Origin: an uncultured Eubacteriales bacterium
GTDB taxonomy: Bacteria; Bacillota; Clostridia; Peptostreptococcales; Anaerovoracaceae
Assembly: GCA_900540145.1 (NCBI GenBank)
Contig: UQEW01000001.1
Location: 176-64,175, forward strand
DNA: 64,000 bases
Reading direction: 5' to 3'
The number at the start of each line of letters is the position of its first letter. Positions within the stretch are counted from its first letter, which is position 1. The notes under the pieces were generated by a model. It saw only the letters and a list, made by a program, of their open reading frames with translations. It was not told the origin of the DNA and did no database searches. Below, one piece after another: positions 1-9,300 of the stretch. The position numbers and the translations under genes are program-made.

Positions 1-33
1 CTGTTTCTCCTCACGCCTATGACTCAAATCTCT

Positions 34-909
34 TTATTCGGCATTTGGAGTGAACAAAGCCTGTCCGTAGGTATCAACTCCATATTCTCCGATAAGTTTT
101 TGTACTTCATCCGAGCATATCCATTCTATAAAAGCATTAGCTCCCTCAATATTAGTATCCTCATACTTTTCGGGATTTACAGCAATTACGCCATACTGAT
201 TCAGGAGATTCGCATCGCCTTCACAGACTATGTTAAGATCTATAGCAAGATCAGCATCATTTTTGTACTTCAGCCATGTGCCTCTGTCGGTTAAACAATA
301 TCCTTGCATTTCATCAGCCATGGTTATGGTCGCTCCCATCCCCTGACCTGATTCCACATAATTAGGATTGGCTGAAGTATCGATACCGAGGGTAGACCAT
401 ATTTCTTTTTCCTTTTTATCCGTTCCGGAATCATCACCTCTGGATACAAAAGGCAGCTGGCCATCCTGTATAGCATTGAAGCATGCAGATACATCGTCTC
501 CGTATTTTCCCTCTTCGTCCGGTCCTACAACTACAAAATCGTTATACATAACCTGAAATCTTTCTACTCCAAAGCCGTTCTCTACAAACTCTTCTTCGCT
601 GGCTTTAGCATGTACCAAAACTACGTCAACATCGCCGTTTTCGCCCAGCTTAAGGGCTTCTCCCGTTCCTACTGCGGTCCATTCCAAAGTCCATCCCGTA
701 TCTTCCTTAAATATAGGAGCCAGATAGTCCAAAAGGCCTGTATCTTCTGTACTTGTGGTTGTAGCCATCATAACCGTGCCTTTGTCTTCTACAGCCCCAT
801 TACCGTCCGGAATAGCTGTTTCCTCGTCATTTCCGCAGGCCGCTATGCAAAACACCATCATTACAATAAGCAGCACACTAAAAATCTTCTTCATTTTTCT
901 CCTCCTCAA
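34..909 (-). CDS. ABC transporter substrate-binding lipoprotein, tungstate/molybdate (TupA/WtpA-like) type
   Basis: 291 aa ORF. The N-terminus is a lipoprotein signal (hydrophobic stretch then AACGND). The body resembles PBP-fold oxyanion binders (VDVVLVHAKASEEEFVENGF). The partner permease and ATPase would lie beyond the window's left edge. Confidence 0.5.
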   Translation of the reverse strand: MRRRKMKKIFSVLLIVMMVFCIAACGNDEETAIPDGNGAVEDKGTVMMATTTSTEDTGLLDYLAPIFKEDTGWTLEWTAVGTGEALKLGENGDVDVVLVHAKASEEEFVENGFGVERFQVMYNDFVVVGPDEEGKYGDDVSACFNAIQDGQLPFVSRGDDSGTDKKEKEIWSTLGIDTSANPNYVESGQGMGATITMADEMQGYCLTDRGTWLKYKNDADLAIDLNIVCEGDANLLNQYGVIAVNPEKYEDTNIEGANAFIEWICSDEVQKLIGEYGVDTYGQALFTPNAE

Positions 910-1143
910 TAAAAATTGAAAAAGGGCGTTAAAGAAAAAACTCCCGAAAGAGAGCCAACAAAAAACAAGCAGAGCTTATTGATTGAAGGAAATCTTTTCA
1001 AATCCGGAAGGCATCTTCTTTTCAAAAAACACCCATCGGCTTTAGATCATAGCCCTTTCTGCCATATGGGCCTTAGACCGTCAAGCTCGAATTCCTCTAC
1101 TTTATTATAACCCTGCTTGCCCCATCATTCAATATTATATTAA

Positions 1144-1779
1144 TTACCTTACAAAATTGGTAAATATCGGAATTTCCTCTTTTGGCAATTCTATGCCGGT
1201 TTTTTTACCTGCTTCAAAACATTTTAACATATATGCCATGTTTCTTCCCAGAACTCTCATCGTATACAGCCCCTCCTTGTCTTCCAGCACCTCATCGGCA
1301 CAAGTCCCATGAACCATGTTCCAATATCTGGAGGAAACTATCGGCATTTGACTTATGGTAAAATATTTGTTCAATTGATCAAAAGAAGCTGTCGTTCCCG
1401 CTCTCCTGGCGGAAAGGACTGCTGCCGCCGGCTTCATATAAAAGACTTTGCCTCCGTTTCCCTGTCCCTCGGAATAAAAAAGTCTATCCATAAAAGATTT
1501 CATATTACCGGAAATAGACGCATAGTGAACAGGACTGCCGAATACAAATCCATCAGCTTCATAAGCTTTTGCCCGAAAGTCATTGACAGAATCGTTAAAA
1601 ACACATCTGCCCGATTCAGCACATTTGTGGCAGGCGATACAACCACCGGCCATCTTATTTCCTATCCAAAAAATTTCTGTATCTATGTTTTCTTCCTTCA
1701 ACGCTTCAGCCACATGGCAGAGCGCCGTATAAGTACATCCTTCCTTATGAGGACTGCCGTTTACCAATAAGACTTTCAT
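1144..1779 (-). CDS. Iron-sulfur flavoprotein (Isf-like, NADPH-dependent FMN reductase family)
   Basis: 211 aa. The flavodoxin-like N-terminus MKVLLVNGSPHKEGCT is followed by the compact cysteine motif C-x2-C-x2-C-x5-C (CIACHKCAESGRC) that is typical of Isf proteins. Confidence 0.65.
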   Translation of the reverse strand: MKVLLVNGSPHKEGCTYTALCHVAEALKEENIDTEIFWIGNKMAGGCIACHKCAESGRCVFNDSVNDFRAKAYEADGFVFGSPVHYASISGNMKSFMDRLFYSEGQGNGGKVFYMKPAAAVLSARRAGTTASFDQLNKYFTISQMPIVSSRYWNMVHGTCADEVLEDKEGLYTMRVLGRNMAYMLKCFEAGKKTGIELPKEEIPIFTNFVR

Positions 1780-3274
1780 TTGGTATCTCCTTCTTTATAT
1801 GTTTCATTATCAATACATAGCAAACACAATGTGCTGCAAGTGTTATAAACCAAGTCACAGGATATGACAAATATACAACAGTTATAGTATGGAACTGCTC
1901 TATCTGGAAAATCGTAGCCAGCCATAATAATCTGAGTCCGCATGCTCCCACCAGAGACACTATCATTGGGACGATGGAATATCCCAATCCTCTCATTACT
2001 CCAACCATGGTGTCCATCATACCGCATAATGCATAAGTAGTGCATATTATTGCAAGACGTTTCATCCCTTCTTCTATAACATCAGGGCTTCCGGTATAAA
2101 TTCCCAGCAAAGTGTGCCCGAAAAGATACGCCAGATTTCCCAGCACTAAACCTGTTACAGCCGCACATGATACGGATCTTATCATTATAGGTTTTACTCT
2201 GTCATATCGGAAAGCCCCCACATTCTGACTCGTAAAAGATATGGCTGACTGATAGAACGCATTCATCCCGAAGTACACAAAGTTTTCTATGTTGCTGGCT
2301 GCCGCGCTTCCTGCCATGGTTACATCTCCAAAAGAGTTTATAGAAGCCTGCACTACCACGTTAGATATGGCAAAGAGCACGCCTTGGAATCCCGAAGGCA
2401 GACCTACTCGCAGTATGCTTTTGAAGTGCTCCTTATTTACACCCAGTTTTTTTAAGCTCAGCTTGAAGCCTTCCTCTTCTCTGAGCAGACACCTTATTAC
2501 CAATGCCGCAGATAAAGTCTGCGCAATGGCTGTAGCAGCTGCCACGCCGGCTACACTCATGTTAAATGCTATTACAAACACCAAATCCAACACCACATTG
2601 GTAACGCCTGCTGCCAGCAAGAAGAAAAGAGGCCTTTTCGTATCGCCTTTGGCTCTCAAAATAGCGCTTCCGAAATTGTAAAGCATCATGGAAGGCATCC
2701 CCAAGAACAGCACTCTCATATAAAGAGCTGCCAGCCCTACCAGATTATCCGGTGTCTGCATAAGCCTTAAGATAGGTTCTGCCGCTATGAATCCGATTAC
2801 AGCCAACATCAAGCCGCTGGCAAAGCTGATGGTTACCGCTGTATGTATAGCTTCATTGAGTTGCTGCATTTTGCGACCGCCGAAATACCTGCCCACCAGC
2901 ACGTTTGCACCCACTGACAATCCGATAAAAAGATTAGTTAACAGATTGATAAGAGACGATGTTGACCCTACCGCCGCCAGCGAATGGTCACCTACAAATT
3001 GCCCGAGTATTACTATATCAGTAGCGTTAAAAAGCATCTGCATTATACTCGAAAGCATTAGCGGCAAAGCAAAAACAAGCATTTTTTTCAATATGGGACC
3101 ATTTACCATATCTATCTCATGCTTTTTCCTTTTTCCTTTATCTTTCCCTGTATTTCCTCCAGATTCATTGATATTCTCCGAAGTTTTTTCTGAAGTTTCT
3201 TCTACAGTTTCCCCTATATCAGACACTTTTGCCTCCTTGAACATATTTTTTAAACATTTGAAATATTCGATCAT
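1745..3274 (-). CDS. MATE family efflux transporter
   Basis: A long hydrophobic ORF with MATE-like helices (NAFYQSAISFTSQNVGA, GLPSGFQ). The listed ORF begins with TTG at 3286. Candidate ATG starts are at 3274, 3244 and 3109, so the true start is uncertain. The Lys-rich N-terminal extension is unusual. Confidence 0.75.
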   Translation of the reverse strand: MIEYFKCLKNMFKEAKVSDIGETVEETSEKTSENINESGGNTGKDKGKRKKHEIDMVNGPILKKMLVFALPLMLSSIMQMLFNATDIVILGQFVGDHSLAAVGSTSSLINLLTNLFIGLSVGANVLVGRYFGGRKMQQLNEAIHTAVTISFASGLMLAVIGFIAAEPILRLMQTPDNLVGLAALYMRVLFLGMPSMMLYNFGSAILRAKGDTKRPLFFLLAAGVTNVVLDLVFVIAFNMSVAGVAAATAIAQTLSAALVIRCLLREEEGFKLSLKKLGVNKEHFKSILRVGLPSGFQGVLFAISNVVVQASINSFGDVTMAGSAAASNIENFVYFGMNAFYQSAISFTSQNVGAFRYDRVKPIMIRSVSCAAVTGLVLGNLAYLFGHTLLGIYTGSPDVIEEGMKRLAIICTTYALCGMMDTMVGVMRGLGYSIVPMIVSLVGACGLRLLWLATIFQIEQFHTITVVYLSYPVTWFITLAAHCVCYVLIMKHIKKEIPNESLIGKRQSS

Positions 3275-3755
3275 TAAAGCATACAAAAGTCACTTTAATA
3301 TCATAGTCCATATTTTTTTCAATCCAGCCATACACTGCATTCACTGCTATAGGCACGGCTTTTTCTATGGGATATCCGTATACTCCGGTTGAAATAGCCG
3401 GAAAGGCTATAGAATGAATTTCATGCTCTTTAGCCAATTCTAAAGAGTTTATATAGCAATTCTTCAGCATAATTTCGTCTGTATCCTTGCCGCTGTAAAC
3501 GGGACCTACCGTGTGAATTACATATTTTGCTTTTAGATTATATCCTTTTGTCAATTTTGCCTGGCCGGTCTGGCATCCTCCCAGCGTCTTGCATTCTTCC
3601 AGAAGCTGTCTTCCCGCTGCTCTGTGAATGGCACCGTCAACGCCTCCGCCACCCAGCAAACTTTTATTGGCTGCGTTTACTATGGCATCGCAGCTCAACT
3701 CTGTTATATCTCCCGATTCTATATCTATTCTATCACTGAATATTATTTTTTTCAT
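3219..3755 (-). CDS. Macro domain protein (O-acetyl-ADP-ribose deacetylase, YmdB-like)
   Basis: A start at the internal Met (MKKIIFSDRIDIESGDITEL) gives about 179 aa. Macro-domain motifs are present (AIVNAANKSLLGGGGVDGAIHRAAG, HTVGPVY). The chosen start overlaps the 3-prime end of the upstream cyclo-ligase gene by about 23 nt. Confidence 0.8.
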   Translation of the reverse strand: MKKIIFSDRIDIESGDITELSCDAIVNAANKSLLGGGGVDGAIHRAAGRQLLEECKTLGGCQTGQAKLTKGYNLKAKYVIHTVGPVYSGKDTDEIMLKNCYINSLELAKEHEIHSIAFPAISTGVYGYPIEKAVPIAVNAVYGWIEKNMDYDIKVTFVCFNDRIFQMFKKYVQGGKSV

Positions 3756-4323
3756 CAGAATCCTTGCTCCTTTTATAAATATTTTTTTCCGTGAAAACCT
3801 TTTCCATAGGTATATCATGTTCTTCTGCCGGAACTGCAGATACCTTTTGTACCTCAAATGCCACAGCGATCACATGAGCATTAATACATAGCGGCAAGAA
3901 TCTGTCATAATATCCTCCGCCCATGCCCAGTCTGTTACATTTATCATCAAATGCTGCGCATGGGCAAATTATCATATCAATATCTTCAGGCTTTATAAAA
4001 GCAGACATCTCTTCTAAAGGTTCCGGTATTCCATATCTTCCCTTTGTCCAAGCTTCATCACAGTTTGGGCATAAGGCTGTCATTTCATTTCTGCTTACAC
4101 AGAGCGGATATACCAGCATCTTGCCCATTTTCTTCCCCTGCTTTTCCAGAGTTTCTAAATTAACTTCTGCACCTACGGCTTTATACAGCATGATTATTTT
4201 TGACTTTTCGTATTCTTCAGAAGCCACGATAGCGTTTACAATCTTTTCAGAATAAGTCAATCTTTCTTCCGAAGATATTTTTTTTCTGCCCTCAATGGCT
4301 TTTTCGCGAATTTCTTTCTTCAT
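3733..4323 (-). CDS. 5-formyltetrahydrofolate cyclo-ligase
   Basis: 196 aa, with the family motifs EVNLETL, GIPEP and a CNRLGMGGGYYDRFL-type C-terminus. Confidence 0.8.
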   Translation of the reverse strand: MKKEIREKAIEGRKKISSEERLTYSEKIVNAIVASEEYEKSKIIMLYKAVGAEVNLETLEKQGKKMGKMLVYPLCVSRNEMTALCPNCDEAWTKGRYGIPEPLEEMSAFIKPEDIDMIICPCAAFDDKCNRLGMGGGYYDRFLPLCINAHVIAVAFEVQKVSAVPAEEHDIPMEKVFTEKNIYKRSKDSDEKNNIQ

Positions 4324-4350
4324 TTTTTCGCTTCCGCTTTACATTCCTGT

Positions 4351-4653
4351 TTACAATTCAAAAGCTTTTTCATAATATACAGGGTTTTCTTTGAAAAGAT
4401 TCCGTACCGATGGCAAAAAAACTATAATCGACGTGGCGGAAGCGATCAATTCATATATAGGATCAGTAAAAATAACAGGAGGATTAAGTCCTAGAATCAT
4501 ATCTCTTATTACGCCTCCTCCTACAGCTGTAGTTATTCCAAGAATAGCTACTCCGAATATATCCATTTTCTTGGAAATTCCAACCATGGCTCCGGATATT
4601 GAGAAAGCCACCGTACCTATGATTTCAAACATCATCTGTAAAGATTCAGACAT
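4351..4653 (-). CDS. UPF0126 / TRIC-type glycine-rich membrane protein, single-repeat (half-size) form
   Basis: 100 aa with a GGGxxRD motif (AVGGGVIRDMILG) and a GGAGG ribosome-binding site 8 nt upstream of the ATG. Usual family members carry two such repeats and are about 200 aa. Confidence 0.5.
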   Translation of the reverse strand: MSESLQMMFEIIGTVAFSISGAMVGISKKMDIFGVAILGITTAVGGGVIRDMILGLNPPVIFTDPIYELIASATSIIVFLPSVRNLFKENPVYYEKAFEL

Positions 4654-4734
4654 AATAAAAAGCCTCCAAATAAAAGAATAGTGAAAAAACTGTCAGCAAC
4701 CCGCAAATCCTTTATATCTAACTGTAAATATACA

Positions 4735-4860
4735 AAAACCCACGATTTGAACAGTTTTGCTTAAAAACGTGGGGCAAAAACCCACTTTTTTTATATAAAA
4801 AGTTTAAATCGTGGGTTTTTGCCCCACTTTTTTTGATTTTTTTATCTGAATAGTGGGTAT
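4735..4860. repeat. Nested perfect inverted repeats forming hairpins flanked by T7 runs (a bidirectional terminator or REP-like element)
   Basis: GTGGGGCAAAAACCCAC (4769-4785) is the exact reverse complement of GTGGGTTTTTGCCCCAC (4811-4827), and each copy is followed by TTTTTTT. A second inverted pair lies at CCCACGATTTGAAC (4739-4752) and GTTTAAATCGTGGG (4803-4816). Confidence 0.6.
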
Positions 4861-4940
4861 CTCTTGTCAAGGGAAAGAATTAAGCGAGGCCGACGCCCGA
4901 ACATGAGATATCCGTTCTATCTTTCCGTGTGTACCGGTAT

Positions 4941-5043
4941 GCCGCCAGGACCACATCAGACCATGCCGCCAGGACCATATCAGGCCCTGGCGGCAGAGTC
5001 ACATCACGCCGTGGCGGCATCACATCAGGTCGTGCCGCCAGGG
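4941..5043. repeat. Tandem 20-25 nt units built on a GCCGCCAGG core in alternating orientation, each followed by ACCA(C/T)ATCAG
   Basis: GCCGCCAGG occurs at 4941, 4966 and 5034. Its complement CCTGGCGGC occurs at 4986, and TGGCGGCA at 5012. These predict two stem-loops whose loops share a CACATCAG motif. The region lies in the 3-prime UTR of the CofE-like gene. Confidence 0.5.
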
Positions 5044-5113
5044 CGCTTTTCACAATGCTCTTTCGCAACTGACTTTCACACTGCTCAGGCTCGGTTTTCC
5101 TCACTGCCGCAGG

Positions 5114-6304
5114 CTAATCAGTGTAATTATCGAAATATCCTTGGATATATATGAACGGAGTACCCTTGTCACCCGAGCCGGATGTAAGGTCACACAAAGA
5201 ACCTAAGAGATCTGTCAAGCGTCTAGGAGTAGTTCCCTCCGTAACCATCTGCCCTACCAGATTATCGTCCTTTTCGCGAATAGCCGCTTCGATAGCTGCC
5301 TTCAGCTCGTCTCCTCTCAAATTGGCAAAATCGTTATCAGCCAAATATTTAAGTTTAAGCTCGTTAGGCTGTCCCTTAAGACCTGACGTGTATCCCGGAG
5401 AAACTACCGGATCAGCCAGCTCCCAGATCTTTCCTACAGGATCTTTGAAGGCACCGTCTCCGTAAATCATAACCTCAACCGTCTTGCCTGTCCTGTTTTT
5501 GATTTCAGCCTGTACGCTCTCTACGAATTCTTGGCAATTTATCGGGAACAGTTTAATGGTGTCTTCCGTTGCCTTATTTGAGCCTAATATACCATAATCA
5601 GGATTGTATCCTGAACCGTTTACCGGCTGATTTAAAAGCTCATCCATACCTATTACCACGTCGCCTCCGGCATTCTTAATCATGCGTTTTGTTCTTGCTC
5701 TTGTATGAATGTCGGCGCATATGACCTTGTCAGTGTAATCAAGTATCTTTCTAGGATCATTGGCAAAGATTATCTCAGCTTCAGCGCCCTCTTCCTCAAT
5801 GATATCCTTATAGTAATTGACATAGTCCATATCTGTAAAAGTATGGCGAGATTTGCCGAATGCAGACTCAAACTGGGCCTGAGTCAGCACATCGGTGTAA
5901 GGATTTATTCCCTTTGAATCCAGCAAATCTATGTCAAGAAGGTGATTTCCCACCTCATCGCTAGGGTAGCTGAGCATCAAAACGATTTTCTTGCTTCCCC
6001 TGGCTATACCGCGGAGGCAGATGGCGAATCTGTTTCTGCTCAATATAGGGAAAACCACGCCTATAGTCTCTCCGCCCAGCTTATTTTTCACATCTTCTGC
6101 CAGCTGGTCTTTGGTGGCATAGTTAGCTTGAGCACGAGCCAAGATAGATTCGGTTATGGCCAGCACGTCTTTGCTGCCTATCTCAAAATCTCCGTTTTCA
6201 ATGCATGCCATGAGAGTATCTACCACTATCGTTTTAAGATCGTCTCCTTCTTTTATTATCGGTCCTCTCAGGCCTCTGGAAACTGTACCTATTCTTCTCT
6301 CCAT
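5114..6304 (-). CDS. CofE-like protein (F420-0:gamma-glutamyl ligase fold, COG1478-type) with a large insertion
   Basis: 396 aa. N-terminal IIKEGDDL...GSKDVLAITESI and later NPDYGILGSN...VMIYGDGAF match the CofE ligase-fold motifs. The gene lies 15 nt downstream of purL as the last gene of the pur operon. Confidence 0.5.
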   Translation of the reverse strand: MERRIGTVSRGLRGPIIKEGDDLKTIVVDTLMACIENGDFEIGSKDVLAITESILARAQANYATKDQLAEDVKNKLGGETIGVVFPILSRNRFAICLRGIARGSKKIVLMLSYPSDEVGNHLLDIDLLDSKGINPYTDVLTQAQFESAFGKSRHTFTDMDYVNYYKDIIEEEGAEAEIIFANDPRKILDYTDKVICADIHTRARTKRMIKNAGGDVVIGMDELLNQPVNGSGYNPDYGILGSNKATEDTIKLFPINCQEFVESVQAEIKNRTGKTVEVMIYGDGAFKDPVGKIWELADPVVSPGYTSGLKGQPNELKLKYLADNDFANLRGDELKAAIEAAIREKDDNLVGQMVTEGTTPRRLTDLLGSLCDLTSGSGDKGTPFIYIQGYFDNYTD

Positions 6305-6318
6305 ATGTTATTCTCTCC

Positions 6319-9300
6319 TTATTTAAAATACTTTACAGCTGATTCAAACATCTTCATATCAAACTGACCAGGAACGTTTTTATAAAGGCCGTATCCTGTT
6401 CTCTCTGAATGGCCCATCTTGCCCAGCACTCTTCCATCCGGAGAAACGATTCCTTCCACTGCCATATCGGAGCCGTTAGGATTAAACTGAATCTCGTTGG
6501 TAGCATTACCATCCAAATCAACATACTGAGTAATTATCTGCCCGTTTTCCGCCAGCTCGCAAAGCAGTTCTCTGTCAGCAATAAATCTTCCCTCTCCATG
6601 AGAAATAGGAACCGTATATATGTCGCCTACATTGACCTGCGCAAGCCATGGCGAATTGTTGGAAGCTATCCTCGTTCTTACCAGCTTGGACTGGTGGCGT
6701 GAAATTTTATTATAAGTAAGCGTAGGGAAGCTTTCGTCGGTATCCAATATCTGACCAAACGGTACAAGACCCAGTTTGATAAGCGCCTGGAAACCGTTGC
6801 ATATGCCGGCCATAAGACCGTCGCGTTCTTCCAGAAGCTCTGTCACAGCTTCTTTTATCTCTTCATTTCTGAAAAATGCAGTTATCAGCTTGCCTGAACC
6901 GTCAGGCTCGTCGCCTCCGGAAAATCCGCCGGGGATGAATATAATCTGGCTGCTGCGAACTTTTTCAGCAAAGTCAGTAACTGATTTTGCCACATCTGCC
7001 GATGTCAGATTGTTGAGCACAAATATCTCCGGCTCCGCCCCGGCCCTGTCAAAGGCCTTAGCCGTATCATATTCACAGTTGGTTCCCGGAAATACAGGTA
7101 TCAGAACATGAGGTTTTGCAACTTTTATAGATGAAGTGAACTCTTTATTTACTGAGAAATTCAAGTTGGAAGGTTTCTCCCCATCCGTACTGATATTGCA
7201 CGGATAGACTGTTTCCAGCTTGTCTTCATATATCCTGCAGAGTTCTTCAAGGCTCAGCCTGTCTTCACCGCGGCAAATGCAGAAGTCTTCCGTCGTCTCT
7301 CCTATCATTACAACATCTAAGCTGTCTGTTTCTATGCCGATTTCTCCATCAGTCTCCACTATGAAAGAGCCGTAGCTATATCCAAAGATTTCTTCTATGC
7401 TCAACGCGTCATTAAATGAAAATCCGATGCCGTTACCCATGGCCATCTTCAGCACAGCCTCTGCTACTCCGCCAAAGCCGGCAGTATAGCAGGATTTGGC
7501 AACTCTGCTTCTCATAAGCTCAATCACTTTGGAATATACTTCCTTGAGAGATTGCCCGTCCGGCAGGCCTGCGCTGTTCTTTTTAGGACTTAATAAATAT
7601 ACCCGGTGTCCTGCCTCCTTAAACTCAGGAGAGATGATATTATCTATTTCTTCAGTGGTAACTGCGAAAGAAACCAGTGTCGGAGGCACATGAATGTCCT
7701 CAAAAGTGCCGCTCATGGAATCTTTGCCTCCTATGGCAGCCACACCCAGATCCAGCTGAGCTTCCAAAGCTCCCAGCAAAGCAGCCAAAGGCTTGCCCCA
7801 CTTTTCAGGATCTTTATCTAATTTTTCAAAATACTCCTGGAAAGACAGATAAACATCTTCGAATTTTGCGCCTGCGGCTACCAGCTTTGAAACCGATTCC
7901 ACCACTGCCAGATAAGCTCCGTGATAAGGGCTCTTTTCGGTTATATACGGATTATATCCCCATGCCATCAAGCTGCAGGTGCTGGTATCCTCTTTTTCAA
8001 CAGATACCTTGTTTACCATAGCCTGTATAGGCGTTCTCTGATATCTGCCTCCGAAAGGCATCAGCACAGTACCTGCGCCTATGGTAGAGTCGAATCTCTC
8101 TGAAAGTCCTCTTTTGGAGCACACATTCAGATCTCCTGCCATAGCTTTATAGTTTTCTGCGAAGCTGCCGTTTATGGTTTTTTCATAATCTTCTCCGCTG
8201 ACAGCTTGAGCGCTTATATGCTTTTCCGCTCCGTTGGAGTTTAAAAATTCTCTTGAAATATTTACTATTTTTTCACCGTTCCAGCTCATGGACAGTACCG
8301 GCTCTTCCGTGACTTCTGCCACCACTGTAGCCTCAAGATTTTCCTCTCTGGCCAGCCTGCAGAATGTATCAACATCTTTATCCGCCACTACTACAGCCAT
8401 TCTTTCCTGAGATTCGCTGATGGCCAGCTCAGTGCCATCCAGCCCCTCATACTTCTTTGGTACTTTATTCAAGTCGATCTTAAGGCCATCTGCCAATTCT
8501 CCTATGGCTACCGAAACTCCGCCGGCTCCAAAGTCATTGCAGCGCTTTATCAATTTGGAGGCTTGAGGATTTCTGAAGAGTCTCTGAAGCTTCCTCTCTT
8601 CAGGAGCATTTCCCTTTTGAACTTCAGCGCCGCAGCTTTCCAGCGAAGATACGTCGTGCGACTTGGAAGAACCTGTCGCGCCGCCGCAGCCATCTCTCCC
8701 TGTGCGTCCGCCCAGCAAGATGACTTTATCTGTCGGCTCAGGCTTTTTTCTTATGACGTTTTCCGCCGGTGCCGCTGCAATGACTGCTCCGATTTCCATC
8801 CTTTTGGCCACATAACCGGGATGATACAATTCATCCACCTGGCCGGTAGCCAGTCCTATCTGGTTACCGTAAGAGCTGTACCCGGCTGCGGCTGTAGTTA
8901 CCAGCTTGCGCTGAGGCAGCTTGCCGGCAATGGTCTGTGAAACAGGAACCAGCGGGTCTCCTGCTCCTGTGACGCGCATGGCTGAGTACACATAGCTTCT
9001 GCCTGACAACGGATCTCTTATGGCTCCGCCTACACAGGTGGCTGCACCGCCGAAAGGCTCGATTTCAGTCGGATGGTTGTGAGTCTCGTTTTTGAACAGC
9101 AACAGCCAGTCTTCTGCTTTGCCGTCTATGTTAACCTTTATCTTAACGGTGCAAGCGTTGATCTCCTCTGATTCATCCAGCTTGTCCAGCTTTCCGTCTT
9201 TTTTCAGCTGCTTGGCAGCTATAGTTCCGATGTCCATCAACGTCACAGGCTTGGTTCTGCCCAAAGATTTTCTTACATCTATATATCTGTCATATGCTTT

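Noticed and set aside
910-1143. Moco/Tuco riboswitch upstream of the tungstate-type binding-protein gene
   Set aside because: The 234-nt leader has a few short hairpins (for example CUCUUUCGGGAG) but nothing I can align to the Moco RNA motif. The permease and ATPase context is also outside the window.
4941-5043. Possible CRISPR array
   Set aside because: The repeats are only about 9 nt long, alternate in orientation, have irregular spacers of about 11-16 nt, and no cas genes are nearby.
4864-5154. 96-aa Pro/His-rich ORF (MPPGPHQTMPPGPYQ...)
   Set aside because: Its repetitive amino-acid pattern is produced by the GCCGCCAGG DNA repeats. It overlaps the 3-prime end of the CofE-like gene and has no ribosome-binding site.
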